A DNA stretch of 64,000 nucleotides from Desulfobacterales bacterium (GCA_963674755.2 CAXXVS010000002.1:864001-928000); one strand, 5' to 3'. Numbered from the stretch's first letter, positions 29,019 to 39,487 are shown. Made by a program: numbers and translations. The notes: a model not told the origin generated them from the letters alone.

Positions 29019-30273
29019 CACCCATGTTTGCATCCCCGCCGATCGCAGCCAGATGGTGCTGGAGCGTCTGCAAAGCACCCTGAATCGCGCTTTCCGCAAT
29101 GTGTCCTTTCATCGGCAACGTTTCCAGGAAAAGGGGATCGACCCGTCCAATATCCAAGCCCTCGACGATATTCGGCGGCTGCCCTTTACAACCCGTCAGC
29201 ATCTCAGTGAAAATTACCCCTACGGCCTGTTTGCCGTGCCCCTGCGCGATATCGTGCGCATTCATACGGCCCCGGGAACCACGGCCAATCCCACGGTCAG
29301 CGGGTATACGCGACAGGATCTCGGCATATGGGAGAGCATGGTGGCCACGGCCCTGCGCAGCTCCGGGGTAACACCCGACGATATTCTGCAGATCAGTCTG
29401 GATCCAGGCCTGGCGACCTGGGGGCGCGACTACCAAAGCGGCGCGGAGACCCTGGGGGCCAGTGTCATCCCCAACACCCTCATGTCCGTCGAAAAACAGG
29501 TCATGGTCATGCGGGACTATAAGCCTTCCACCCTGGTGACAACCCCATCCTATGCCCAGCAACTGGCGGCTCATTTGGAAAACAAAGGGCTGGATCCCAA
29601 CGGGTTCAGCCTCCAGAAACTGATCTTGGTCGGTGAGCCGGCAAGTCCCGAGCAACGGGATTTCCTGGAAGACAAGCTGCAAGTGCGCACCTGGCAGCAT
29701 TTCGGCTTGAGCGAGGTTCCCGGACCGGCCCTGGCCTATGAATGTGAAACCCGGTCCTGCCTGCACGTCAACGACGATCATTTCCTGCCGGAAATTATCG
29801 ATCCTGTTACGGGAGAAGTCCTTCCGATGGGTCACGTCGGGGAGCTTGTGTTGACGACCCTGACCACCCGCGCCTATCCTTTGATCCGGTTCCGGACGGG
29901 CGACATGGCCCGCATCCTGCCCGATGCCTGCGATTGTGACTGCCGCCTGGTGCGCATCGAATGGCGCCCCGAGCGCAGCGACCGGCTGCTCCGGATAAGG
30001 GGCGTCAAGGTCCACGAGCAACAGATCCTCTCCGGCATTGAAAAGGCCCTGGGCATGGCGCCCCAACACGCCTGCATGTTCGAAAACCGCTATCGCGAAA
30101 AGATTTTTCTCGAAATCTGGATTGCCGTGGACAAGGCACTGTTCTCGGACGAAATCAAGATGCTCGAAGCCCGCATGAAAACCGTTCGCGATCAGGTCCA
30201 GGAGGACACGGGGGTTCCGGTAATCGTTCGCCTCAAGGAATGGGCCTCCATCGTTGCCTGCAAATTGGCATAG
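29002..30273 (+). CDS. Second, divergent phenylacetate-CoA ligase-family protein
   Basis: Colinear with PaaK (NYPYGLFAVP, GLSEV, PEIIDP, RFRTGD) but with altered P-loop and C-terminus. Confidence 0.8.
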   Translation: MMEKPDTHVCIPADRSQMVLERLQSTLNRAFRNVSFHRQRFQEKGIDPSNIQALDDIRRLPFTTRQHLSENYPYGLFAVPLRDIVRIHTAPGTTANPTVSGYTRQDLGIWESMVATALRSSGVTPDDILQISLDPGLATWGRDYQSGAETLGASVIPNTLMSVEKQVMVMRDYKPSTLVTTPSYAQQLAAHLENKGLDPNGFSLQKLILVGEPASPEQRDFLEDKLQVRTWQHFGLSEVPGPALAYECETRSCLHVNDDHFLPEIIDPVTGEVLPMGHVGELVLTTLTTRAYPLIRFRTGDMARILPDACDCDCRLVRIEWRPERSDRLLRIRGVKVHEQQILSGIEKALGMAPQHACMFENRYREKIFLEIWIAVDKALFSDEIKMLEARMKTVRDQVQEDTGVPVIVRLKEWASIVACKLA

Positions 30274-30671
30274 ACGTTCGGTGCCGGGCGGATCGGTTAG
30301 CATTTTGCTTCTTGGTGTACATCCATAAGCTGGAATATTGGGCTGAGATCAGGGCGTGGGGAAAATTTAACCGCAGGCATAGCGTTGATATCCCTCGGGT
30401 TCAATCTTTCACGCAACGCCGCCACCCCGATAATTGGCCCTTCATGGATGGACGCACGCCCTATCCGGATCGGCAACCGGCTGGCCAAATCGCTCCGGGC
30501 TTGCCTTCCGAAGGCAGCCGTTCAGCCGGCCGGTTATCGTCGTTTCCTCCATTCCCACAGGCACACTATCACCTCGGGATTATTCTCCATATTTGACTTA
30601 GACCGGATTTTGCGGCTATAAATGAGGTTATAATTCGTAATCTTTCAGACAAAGCTGCCGATGAGACTTTC

Positions 30672-30935
30672 ATGAATGCGAACCAAAACTACTTCCAACT
30701 GATCTGGGGGGCTGCCCTGACGGCCGCGGGTATCGGTGTCCTCGTAATCCTCCCCCACCGCATGGAACAAATTCGACAACTGCGACAGGCGGCACCCTAT
30801 GATCTGGACATGCTGTTCCTGTGGTTTTGCTTCGGGCTGCTTGGCGTACTGCTGATCGGCGGGGGTTTGCGCAAGATTTACACCCATTTCCGAAGCGCTT
30901 CCGGAAGCCGTCCCGACGACCGCGACCATACGTGA
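30672..30935 (+). CDS. Small two-TM membrane protein
   Basis: 87-aa ORF with two hydrophobic helices, directly upstream of the PilB-like gene. Confidence 0.65.
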   Translation: MNANQNYFQLIWGAALTAAGIGVLVILPHRMEQIRQLRQAAPYDLDMLFLWFCFGLLGVLLIGGGLRKIYTHFRSASGSRPDDRDHT

Positions 30936-30948
30936 ATCCCAACTCAAC

Positions 30949-33267
30949 ATGGATGAGATCATGAACCAGAAATCCCAGGAACTCAGGGTCAAAGGATCCG
31001 ATGTCCAGGAGCTCAAATCCGAAGTCGCCTACCGTGACCGACTGCAAAGCATTTGCAATAAAATATATGCCGCCGCCAATCTGGATGAAATCCTGATTGA
31101 TCTCAAAGACGATATCACCACTCTCTTTGACGCCAAACGGGTAACGGTTTTCGTCGTGGACGGCAAAACGCGTCAACTGGTATCACGCTTCAAATCCAAA
31201 GCCGAGATTTCCGAAATCCGGATCCCCATTTCGACGGGCAGCATTGCGGGCTATACGGCCAGCAAACAGATGCCGCTTAATCTGCGCGATGTATACAATG
31301 ATAAAGAGTTACGTCAGATCAGCCCGGATTTGAAGTTCGACCGCAGCTGGGACATGAAAACCGGTTTTCGTACCCGACAGGTGCTGACCTATCCCATCGT
31401 CTTCAAGAAATTTCTGCTTGGGGTGCTGCAACTCATCAATCGCCCCGGCGAAGGCCCTTTCACATCCGAAGACCAGGAATCGGCGGCCAAAGTCGCTGAA
31501 ATCATCGGCATCGCCGTCTACAACCAGAAACGCATCGCCAAAAGCCGCCCCCATCGCTTCAGCAATCTGATCGACAACCACTTCCTGACCCAAAAGGAGC
31601 TCGACACGGCCATTGCCGATGCCCGGCGGCAGAAACTGCCCATCGAGCAAATCCTAATGCGGGATCTGAACATCCCCAAAAAAGATGTCGGCAAATCCCT
31701 CTCAGAATATTTTGGTGTGCCGTTCATCGAGTTTTTTCGCAATGCCCAGGTGCCCGGCGCATTGATGCAGGGATTGCGGATCCCTTTTTTGGAACGCAAT
31801 TTCTGGGTGCCGCTGCGTTCGGAAGGCAACAAGGTGGTCATTGCCATCGACAACCCCCAAGACCTGGCTAAAATTGACGAAATCAAGGCGCTTTTCCCGG
31901 GGCGCGAGCTGGGGCTGTTTGTCGCCTTGAAACCCGATATTCTCAATTTCATCAAACTCTTTACCCAAAGCGATCAGAATCTCGAGGGCATCGACGAGAT
32001 TCTGGCAGACATGAAGGACGAAGAAGCCGCCGTGGAAGAAGCCGAGTCCATGGTGGGTGAAGAAGACAGCGCCGTGGTCAAGCTGGTCAACAAGATCATC
32101 CTGGATGCTTACAGCCGGGGCGCTTCGGATATCCATATCGAACCCTATCCCGGCCGGCAGGAAACCGAAGTCCGCATTCGTATCGACGGCTCGTGCACGC
32201 TTTATCAGAAGATTCCTTTTCAATTGCGCAACGCCGTATTATCCCGCCTTAAAATCATGGCCGATCTCGACATCGCCGAACGCCGCAAACCCCAGGATGG
32301 GAAAATCCGTTTCAAGAAATTCGGCGGCAAAGATATCGAACTGCGTGTCGCGACGGTACCCACCCAGGGCGCCATGGAAGACATCGTATTGCGCATCTTG
32401 GCGGCCGGGGAACCCATTCCCCTAAATCGCATCGGTTTCTCACACCGCAACTACGACAAGTTTGTCGAAGCCATTACCAAACCCTACGGGATCATTTTCG
32501 TGTGCGGCCCCACAGGATCGGGCAAGACCACAACCCTGCATTCGGCCCTGAGCTACATCAATAAAACCGATACCAAGATCTGGACCGCGGAGGATCCGGT
32601 GGAAATTACCCAGCGCGGCCTGCGGCAGGTGCAGGTCAAACCCCAGATCGGGTTTGATTTCGCCGCGGCCATGCGTTCTTTTTTGCGTGCCGACCCGGAT
32701 GTCATCATGGTCGGTGAAATGCGGGACAAGGAAACCACCCATATCGGTATCGAAGCCTCTCTTACCGGCCATTTGGTCTTCTCGACGCTGCATACCAATA
32801 ATGCCCCGGAGAGCATTACCCGTCTTTTGGACATGGGAATGGATCCCTTCAATTTCGCCGATGCCATCCTTTGTATTCTTGCCCAGCGTCTGGTACGCAC
32901 CCTGTGCCGCGAGTGCAAGCGCTCCTATTCTCCGACCCAGACTCAGTATGACGAATTGGTGCGGGAGTATGGCAAAGACGTGTTTGACGCGCATGTCGAT
33001 ACCCCCTTCAGCGACAACCTCAAGTTATACAAACCCGTAGGCTGCGAAGCGTGCAACAGCAGTGGCTACCTGGGCCGCATGGGCATCCACGAATTGCTGG
33101 CCGGAACCGATGAACTGAGACACCTGATACAAAACAAGGCGCGAGTGGAAAACATCCGTGAACAGGCAGTCAAGGATGGCATGACCACTCTCAAACAAGA
33201 TGGTGTGGAAAAAATCTTCGGCGGCAACTGCGATCTGTTACAGGTTCGCAAGGTAACCATCAAATAG
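30949..33267 (+). CDS. GAF-domain GspE/PilB-family secretion ATPase
   Basis: N-terminal GAF (FDRSWD..TGFRT..QLINR); ASDIHIEP, GPTGSGKTT, EDPVE, DPDVIMVGE and STLHTN motifs; tetracysteine motif. Confidence 0.9.
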   Translation: MDEIMNQKSQELRVKGSDVQELKSEVAYRDRLQSICNKIYAAANLDEILIDLKDDITTLFDAKRVTVFVVDGKTRQLVSRFKSKAEISEIRIPISTGSIAGYTASKQMPLNLRDVYNDKELRQISPDLKFDRSWDMKTGFRTRQVLTYPIVFKKFLLGVLQLINRPGEGPFTSEDQESAAKVAEIIGIAVYNQKRIAKSRPHRFSNLIDNHFLTQKELDTAIADARRQKLPIEQILMRDLNIPKKDVGKSLSEYFGVPFIEFFRNAQVPGALMQGLRIPFLERNFWVPLRSEGNKVVIAIDNPQDLAKIDEIKALFPGRELGLFVALKPDILNFIKLFTQSDQNLEGIDEILADMKDEEAAVEEAESMVGEEDSAVVKLVNKIILDAYSRGASDIHIEPYPGRQETEVRIRIDGSCTLYQKIPFQLRNAVLSRLKIMADLDIAERRKPQDGKIRFKKFGGKDIELRVATVPTQGAMEDIVLRILAAGEPIPLNRIGFSHRNYDKFVEAITKPYGIIFVCGPTGSGKTTTLHSALSYINKTDTKIWTAEDPVEITQRGLRQVQVKPQIGFDFAAAMRSFLRADPDVIMVGEMRDKETTHIGIEASLTGHLVFSTLHTNNAPESITRLLDMGMDPFNFADAILCILAQRLVRTLCRECKRSYSPTQTQYDELVREYGKDVFDAHVDTPFSDNLKLYKPVGCEACNSSGYLGRMGIHELLAGTDELRHLIQNKARVENIREQAVKDGMTTLKQDGVEKIFGGNCDLLQVRKVTIK

Positions 33268-33378
33268 CCATTTGACGGGCATGGCACCCGCACCCTTTTA
33301 ATCCCCCAAGCGATATTGGGAAAGGCCGCCCACCGAAATCGTTGACATGCTTAGAATCACGCAACATCAGTCTCTAAG

Positions 33379-36243
33379 ATGAAAGACGCTGATCGCCTAT
33401 ACAATAGTCGGCTGACCAGGGGCTATCTCGACTACCTGCAATACCGTTATCCCGAACTTGATACTGACCATCTGTTGATCTCTGCCGGTATGTCGAGACC
33501 GGAGGTGAACGATCCCGCCCATTGGTTCAATCAGGATCAGGTGGATCGCTTTCACGAGGTACTGGTGCAGGCCACCGGTGATGCAACCATCTCCCGCGAG
33601 GCCGGCCGCTACCTTTCATCTTCCAAAGGACTCGGTCCGGTAAAACGCTATGCGCTCGGATTCGTCAATCCCGCCAACATCTTTACCCTCAGCGGCAAAC
33701 TCATGCCCCTTCTCACGCGCGGTGCCGCCATTACAACGCACCGGATGGGGGCCTCCAAAGTCGAGATCACAGCCACGCCTTTTCCGGGTGTCAGGGAGAA
33801 ACCCTACCAATGCGAAAACCGCATCGGCAATTTTGAAGGTGTCGGCATGCACTTCTCCCACCAGCACACCCGGATCGAGCATCCCGAATGTCTCCACCGG
33901 GGCGATGATTGCTGCCGCTATATCATCAGCTGGGAAACATCACCCGCCATCCTGTGGAAACGGATCCGTAATTTCGCGCTTATATTCAATCTGGCCGCCG
34001 CCGCCCCCATCGCCGTCTATCTGCCGCTGTGGATGGGGATCTCGATAATCCTGGGCTTGACCCTGGTCACCGCGTTTATCGGTATCTACGGCCTGCATCT
34101 GGAAAGAAAAGACCTCACCCGCGTTGTCATGGCCCAGGGGGATGTCGCCCAGGAGAATATCGATGATATTGATACGCGTTACGACAACGCACTCCTTGTC
34201 CAGGAAGTCGGACAGGCTACCGCAACGATTTTCGACAAAGATGAGCTCATCACGGCGGTCATTCGCATCATGCGGAATCGTCTGGATTTTGACCGGGGTT
34301 CCATCCTGCTTGCCGATCGGGAGGGATTGCATCTGGAATATAAGGCCGGATACGGATTTAGTGCGGAAAACGAAGCGTCCCTGCGACGGATCCGGTTCAA
34401 TTTGGGCAATCCGGAATCCCGTGGGATCTTCGTACGCAGCTTTCGGGATCAGAAGCCGCTGATCGTCGAGAATATCGACAAGATCAAACAACAGTTTTCC
34501 CCCCGGAGTCGACAGCTGCTGGAAAACATCAAGGCCCGTGCGCTTATCTGTGTTCCGATCGTATACGAAAACAGGACCATGGGCATTCTTGTGGTGGACA
34601 ATCATACCTCGCAGCAAAAATTGTCCCAAAGTGATTTAAACCTCATGATGGGCCTGGCTTCCCAGGTGGCGGTGGCCATCAACAATGCCGAGTCATTCCG
34701 GAAATTGCAGAAAAGTGAGGAAAAATACCGGGATATTTTCGAGAATGTGTCCGATTTTCTCTATTATCATGATCTGGACGGCCGTATCCTGGAAACCAAT
34801 CGGTCCTTCCGAAAGGTTTCCGGATACAGTCGGGACGAACTTTCCCGCATGTCCATCAAAGCGTTGATCCCTGAAAACTACCGGTGGGAGTTCGTTGCTT
34901 ATTTGAAAGAAATCAAAGCGGCCGGTCGTTCCGAGGGATCTATACGGCTCGAGAAAAAAAACGGTACCGAGTTCATTGTCGAGTACAAAAACTCTCTGGT
35001 CTACGATCATGATCAGCCGGTCGGTGTTCGGGGATCGGCCCGGGACATAACCGAACGCTGGCAGGCCGCCAAAGAAAAACGCCGGCTGGAAAAAAAGCTC
35101 GAGCACGCTAAAAAGATGGAAGCCATCGGCACCCTGGCCGGCGGTGTGGCCCATGACCTCAACAACATTTTAAGCGGCATCGTGAGCTATCCCGATTTAC
35201 TTCTGATGGATCTTCCGCCTGGCAGCCATCTGAGAGAACCGATCAAGACCATTCGTGATTCAGGTCAGAAGGCGGCAGCCATTGTTCAGGACTTGCTGAC
35301 CATGGCCAGAAGAGGGGTAACGGTAACCGACACCGCTGATTTGAATGGCATCCTTAAAGAATACCTGGATTCCCCCGAGCATGCCAAAATCATGTCTTTC
35401 CACCCAAATGTACAGATCGAATGCCACCCGACCGATGCTGTCCTGAACATCCTGGGGTCGCCGGTTCATCTGGCAAAAACCGTTATGAATCTGGTGTCGA
35501 ATGCCGCCGAAGCCATCACCGATGGCGGTGAAATCACCATACGCACCGCCAATCGCTATGTGGACGCGCCCATCGAGGGCTATGAGATTATCACCGAAGG
35601 CGACTATGCTGTATTTGAAATATCCGACACCGGCGTGGGCATTTCGCCCGAAGATCAAAAGCGGATTTTTGAGCCTTTTTACACCAAGAAGACCATGGGC
35701 CGCAGCGGTACCGGTCTGGGCATGTCCGTCGTCTGGGCGACAGTCAAAGACCACCGGGGGTATATCGATGTCAGCAGCTGCCCGGATGAGGGTACCACCT
35801 TTACCCTTTATTTTCCGGCAACCCGCGCCGAGAAGGCCAAGAGCATGGCGGCGGGATCGGTCGAAGACTATATGGGAAAGGGGGAGCGTATCCTGGTGGT
35901 GGACGACGTCAGGGAACAGCGCGAAATCGCGGCCGGCATTCTGAAGCGGCTGGGCTATGAGGTTGCATCCGTGGCCAGTGGTGAAGAAGCGGTGGCTGCG
36001 GTCCGCAGTCATCCGCCGGACCTGGTGGTTTTGGATATGATCATGGAGCCGGGCATCGACGGACTTGAAACCTATCAGAAACTGCTGGAAATCAACGCCG
36101 GTCAAAAAGCCATCATCGCCAGCGGCTATTCCGAATCCGAGCGCGTCCGTGCAACGCTCCGCATGGGGGCCGGCGCCTACATCAAGAAGCCCTACCTGTT
36201 CGACAAGATCGGCAGGGCTGTCAGGGCCGAGCTGGATCGCTAA
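33379..36243 (+). CDS. Hybrid histidine kinase (V4R/HNOB-like, TM, GAF, PAS, HK, REC)
   Basis: HPECLHRGDDCCRY V4R-like motif; two TM helices; AHDLNNIL, GTGLGM; REC domain VVDD..DMIM..KP. Confidence 0.88.
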   Translation: MKDADRLYNSRLTRGYLDYLQYRYPELDTDHLLISAGMSRPEVNDPAHWFNQDQVDRFHEVLVQATGDATISREAGRYLSSSKGLGPVKRYALGFVNPANIFTLSGKLMPLLTRGAAITTHRMGASKVEITATPFPGVREKPYQCENRIGNFEGVGMHFSHQHTRIEHPECLHRGDDCCRYIISWETSPAILWKRIRNFALIFNLAAAAPIAVYLPLWMGISIILGLTLVTAFIGIYGLHLERKDLTRVVMAQGDVAQENIDDIDTRYDNALLVQEVGQATATIFDKDELITAVIRIMRNRLDFDRGSILLADREGLHLEYKAGYGFSAENEASLRRIRFNLGNPESRGIFVRSFRDQKPLIVENIDKIKQQFSPRSRQLLENIKARALICVPIVYENRTMGILVVDNHTSQQKLSQSDLNLMMGLASQVAVAINNAESFRKLQKSEEKYRDIFENVSDFLYYHDLDGRILETNRSFRKVSGYSRDELSRMSIKALIPENYRWEFVAYLKEIKAAGRSEGSIRLEKKNGTEFIVEYKNSLVYDHDQPVGVRGSARDITERWQAAKEKRRLEKKLEHAKKMEAIGTLAGGVAHDLNNILSGIVSYPDLLLMDLPPGSHLREPIKTIRDSGQKAAAIVQDLLTMARRGVTVTDTADLNGILKEYLDSPEHAKIMSFHPNVQIECHPTDAVLNILGSPVHLAKTVMNLVSNAAEAITDGGEITIRTANRYVDAPIEGYEIITEGDYAVFEISDTGVGISPEDQKRIFEPFYTKKTMGRSGTGLGMSVVWATVKDHRGYIDVSSCPDEGTTFTLYFPATRAEKAKSMAAGSVEDYMGKGERILVVDDVREQREIAAGILKRLGYEVASVASGEEAVAAVRSHPPDLVVLDMIMEPGIDGLETYQKLLEINAGQKAIIASGYSESERVRATLRMGAGAYIKKPYLFDKIGRAVRAELDR

Positions 36244-36246
36244 GTC

Positions 36247-36385
36247 GTGCCCGTCCCGCGATGGCATCTTTAGGCCCCGTCCGGCGATCTCGCTCTTTGG
36301 AAATCCTCGCCGTACCAGCTACGCCTGCGGTTTCCAAATCCCTGCGGCCTTGGCCGGAACCAAAATCGACCATCTCGGGACGGGC
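36247..36385. repeat. Nested palindromic intergenic element (REP/MITE-like)
   Basis: Terminal inverted repeat GCCCGTCCCGCGATGG / CCATCTCGGGACGGGC (15/16), with inner TTTGGAAA..TTTCCAAA and CGTA..TACG arms. Confidence 0.75.
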
Positions 36386-36394
36386 CCTAAGCAA

Positions 36395-38206
36395 TTAGCC
36401 GTCTTTTTTAGCCTTTAGAAACCGTTCCAGCTGGCCGCGGTAGTAGGCCTGTTTTTCCTTGGCGCTGTCCAGCGCCTGCCGGGCATATCGGATGGCGTTG
36501 TCGATATCGCCGTTGACGAAATAGCATTCTGCCAGGGTATCCAGCACATGGGAGGCGGGGTCCAGGGCGGCGGCCCGGCGGGCCAGGGCCAGGGCACGCA
36601 CCGGATTGCGGAGGGTCGCATCCTCGCTAGTGGCATAAAGCCAAGCCAGGTTGTTGAGCGCCTCCGGGTTGTCCGGCGCCAATGACAGGGCATGTTCGTA
36701 GGCTTCAGCGGCCTCTTTTAATTTGTTCTGGTTGTATTGAAATGTTGCCAGCTGTGTGTAAAGAACGGAAGAATTTGGATGGTCATGAATAGCCTGCATT
36801 AGCGCTTCTTCATAGTTTTCGGCGTTTCCGCTATTGAGCTTATAGCCCGTTATGCCGATCCCGGTCATAAGAATAACAAATAGCAGAATACTAAAACGCA
36901 CTTTTCGGTTTTGGCGATCCACCCAGCGACGGCTGCCCTCGCATTTGAGGAGATATTCGACGCGTTCCCGGATGCTGAAGTGATGCCAGTTGGGTTTGTC
37001 CGGGGACTGGCCGCTGGTCAGGGCAATTTTCTGAAAGGTGGAAATCATGGGACGGGCTGAATCGAAAAGGCTGTATACATACACATCGGCCTGGCGCTCG
37101 AAGTTGCGCATGAAATAGCCGAAGACGAAGCGGAAATAGACCAGGAAGACGGCCAGGAAAATCGCGCTGTGCAAGGACCAAAGGAGGGTTTCCTGATCCA
37201 TCCCCCAGTTGAGGGCGGCCTGCAAGAGGGGCTCGGCAAAGAGGATCAGGTAAATCGTGAGGTCGTAGGTCGCAAAGACGATCAGCATGAAGCAGGACAT
37301 GAAAAAGATATAGTAAAGCAGGTGGTACTTTTTCACATGGCCGATTTCGTGTGCGATGACGGCGTCCACCTCCTCGGGCGTCAGGGAGCGCAGGAGGGAT
37401 TCCGTCACCAAAATATAGCGATATTTGCGGACGATGCCCATGACGCCCGCGGTAAGCATACGCCCGCCGAAAATGGGCCAGTACATGATATTGCGGTAGC
37501 CGATCCCGGCCCGCCGGCACAATGCCTGGATACGGTCACGGTAAAATCCGTCTTCGACCGGGTAGCAGGCCCACAGCCACTGGATCACAAGCGGTGCGAA
37601 AACGGCCACGAAGACGAGAAAGCCCACGAAGTAAATGACTTCTCCCGCGGTGGTGGAGAGAAACCGCTTGGGGGCTTCAAAAGGCAGCGCAAAGATGATG
37701 TCGGCCAACAGGGAGATCATCACCCATGGAATGAGAATCGGCACGGACATGCGCAGATTGGAGGCGATATAGCCCTGGCGGGAGATGGCGCTTCCGTATA
37801 GCCGCCGGTAGCTCGGATAGGCATTGTACCAGACGATGGTCAGGAGCGATAGAAAGAGCATCAGAAATACGATGGCAAGCAAAGTGGGCAACTTCTTGAA
37901 CAGGAACCAATTTTCCATGGTCGAAGGCAACCCGAGAAGGTGCACCATCACGGCAAACAGGGCGATGGCCGTGATGGACTGGCGGGTTATCAGGTTTGAG
38001 TGCCGATCGTCGGCGCGGTAGGTATCGATACGGTCGATGCTGGCGGCCAGGCGGCCAAAGAGCCAGCGCGACGTCGCCGCAAACCCGGCGGTCAGCAGGG
38101 CGGCCAGCAGCCAGGCCTCGTCCGGCGGGAACCCGGGGTTGCCGGCCGGCTGGTAGATGGCGAAGATCAGAATGGCGATGATCAGGTAGATAAAGTTGGC
38201 AAACAT
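36395..38206 (-). CDS. M48 family membrane Zn metalloprotease with C-terminal TPR
   Basis: AVIAHEIGH, FERQAD and HFSIRERV motifs; multiple TM helices; ALNNLAW TPR. Confidence 0.88.
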   Translation of the reverse strand: MFANFIYLIIAILIFAIYQPAGNPGFPPDEAWLLAALLTAGFAATSRWLFGRLAASIDRIDTYRADDRHSNLITRQSITAIALFAVMVHLLGLPSTMENWFLFKKLPTLLAIVFLMLFLSLLTIVWYNAYPSYRRLYGSAISRQGYIASNLRMSVPILIPWVMISLLADIIFALPFEAPKRFLSTTAGEVIYFVGFLVFVAVFAPLVIQWLWACYPVEDGFYRDRIQALCRRAGIGYRNIMYWPIFGGRMLTAGVMGIVRKYRYILVTESLLRSLTPEEVDAVIAHEIGHVKKYHLLYYIFFMSCFMLIVFATYDLTIYLILFAEPLLQAALNWGMDQETLLWSLHSAIFLAVFLVYFRFVFGYFMRNFERQADVYVYSLFDSARPMISTFQKIALTSGQSPDKPNWHHFSIRERVEYLLKCEGSRRWVDRQNRKVRFSILLFVILMTGIGITGYKLNSGNAENYEEALMQAIHDHPNSSVLYTQLATFQYNQNKLKEAAEAYEHALSLAPDNPEALNNLAWLYATSEDATLRNPVRALALARRAAALDPASHVLDTLAECYFVNGDIDNAIRYARQALDSAKEKQAYYRGQLERFLKAKKDG

Positions 38207-38246
38207 GGTCAGAGCATCAAGGGGTTAGAGGTGAATTCAGGGGCAG

Positions 38247-38807
38247 TCACGTGTTTTTGCGGCCAGGAGAGGAGGATGAATTCCGATAGTAGCGTTCCTT
38301 CTCACTATAAATGCAGCCGCAGTAGGGTTGGCGGTACATGCCAAGCTTTTTAGATGTTTCGATACCCGCTTTCCAGCCCACCCGAAAATCCCGATAGAGA
38401 AACGGAACGCCGCTTTCCCGGCCAATGGTGTCGCCCATTTCACGGATCAAATCGTGTTTCTGGTGGCGGCTGTAGAGCAGGGTGCTGGTGAAGGCGTCGA
38501 ACTTGCCTTTGCGGGCCACCCGGGCGGCGGCCCGCAGGCGATCGTGGTAGCAGTAGCGGCAACGTTCTTTCTCGCGGAAGGCGACATTGCGGATGAAGCC
38601 CTCCATGTCGTAGCCTTCTTGAATGATGACCCGCAACTGCTGCTCGGCGGCATAGCGCTCCAGGGTTTCCTGGCGTCGCAGACATTCCGTGTAGGGATGG
38701 ATGTTGTGGCGGTAAAAGTATCCCATCACGGTGTAGCCCTCGTCCCGCAGAACTTCAAGGGGATAGATCGTGCAAGGCCCGCAGCAGCTGTGCATGAGGA
38801 TTTTCAT
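38247..38807 (-). CDS. queH: Epoxyqueuosine reductase QueH (DUF208)
   Basis: HSCCGPC, NIHP, RCRYCY and YRQPYCGCIYS motifs. Confidence 0.88.
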   Translation of the reverse strand: MKILMHSCCGPCTIYPLEVLRDEGYTVMGYFYRHNIHPYTECLRRQETLERYAAEQQLRVIIQEGYDMEGFIRNVAFREKERCRYCYHDRLRAAARVARKGKFDAFTSTLLYSRHQKHDLIREMGDTIGRESGVPFLYRDFRVGWKAGIETSKKLGMYRQPYCGCIYSEKERYYRNSSSSPGRKNT

Positions 38808-39487
38808 CGTCGCTCTCCAAAGATGGCCGTGCCGATCCGCACCAGGGTGGCCCCCTCATGGATGGCCGCCTCGAAGTCGCCGGTCATGCCCATGGAAAGT
38901 TCATCCATGGACACCCCGGGCAGCGCTTCGTCCCGTATGCGGTCCCGCAGTTCGCGCAAGGCCCGGAAATAGGGGCGCACCTTCTCAGGGGCATTGAAAT
39001 AGGGTGGCAGGGTCATCAGGCCTTTGATGCACACATGCTCCATCCGGCTGACCTGGCGGACCAGGCTCAGGGCTTCCTCCTCGTAAACCCCGGATTTGCT
39101 GACCTCCTTGCCGGTGTTGACCTGGATCAGAATGTCCTGCACCTTGCCGTTCTTGGCGGCCTGTTTGTCCAACTCACGGGCCAGTTTGAGGGAATCCACC
39201 GAGTGGATCATGTCGAACAGAGGCACGGCATACTTGGCCTTATTGCTCTGGAGATGGCCAATGAAATGCCATGATACGGCCAGATCGCCCAGGGCCTCGA
39301 TTTTTTCACGGGCCTCCTGGATATAGTTCTCTCCCAAAAGGGGAAGGCCGGCCGCCACGGCTTCCCGCACCCGTTCGGCTGGTACGGTTTTGCTCACCGC
39401 CACCAGCCGGACGGATTCCGGTCGCCGTCCGGCCGCGAGGGCGGCGGATCGAATGCGGTCGCGAATGGTATCGATTTGCATCTTCAT
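38804..39487 (-). CDS. yggS: YggS-family PLP homeostasis protein
   Basis: LVAVSK, GENYIQE, WHFIGHLQSNK, LSMGM and VRIGTAIFG motifs; start at MKMQ after GGAGA. Confidence 0.92.
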   Translation of the reverse strand: MKMQIDTIRDRIRSAALAAGRRPESVRLVAVSKTVPAERVREAVAAGLPLLGENYIQEAREKIEALGDLAVSWHFIGHLQSNKAKYAVPLFDMIHSVDSLKLARELDKQAAKNGKVQDILIQVNTGKEVSKSGVYEEEALSLVRQVSRMEHVCIKGLMTLPPYFNAPEKVRPYFRALRELRDRIRDEALPGVSMDELSMGMTGDFEAAIHEGATLVRIGTAIFGERR

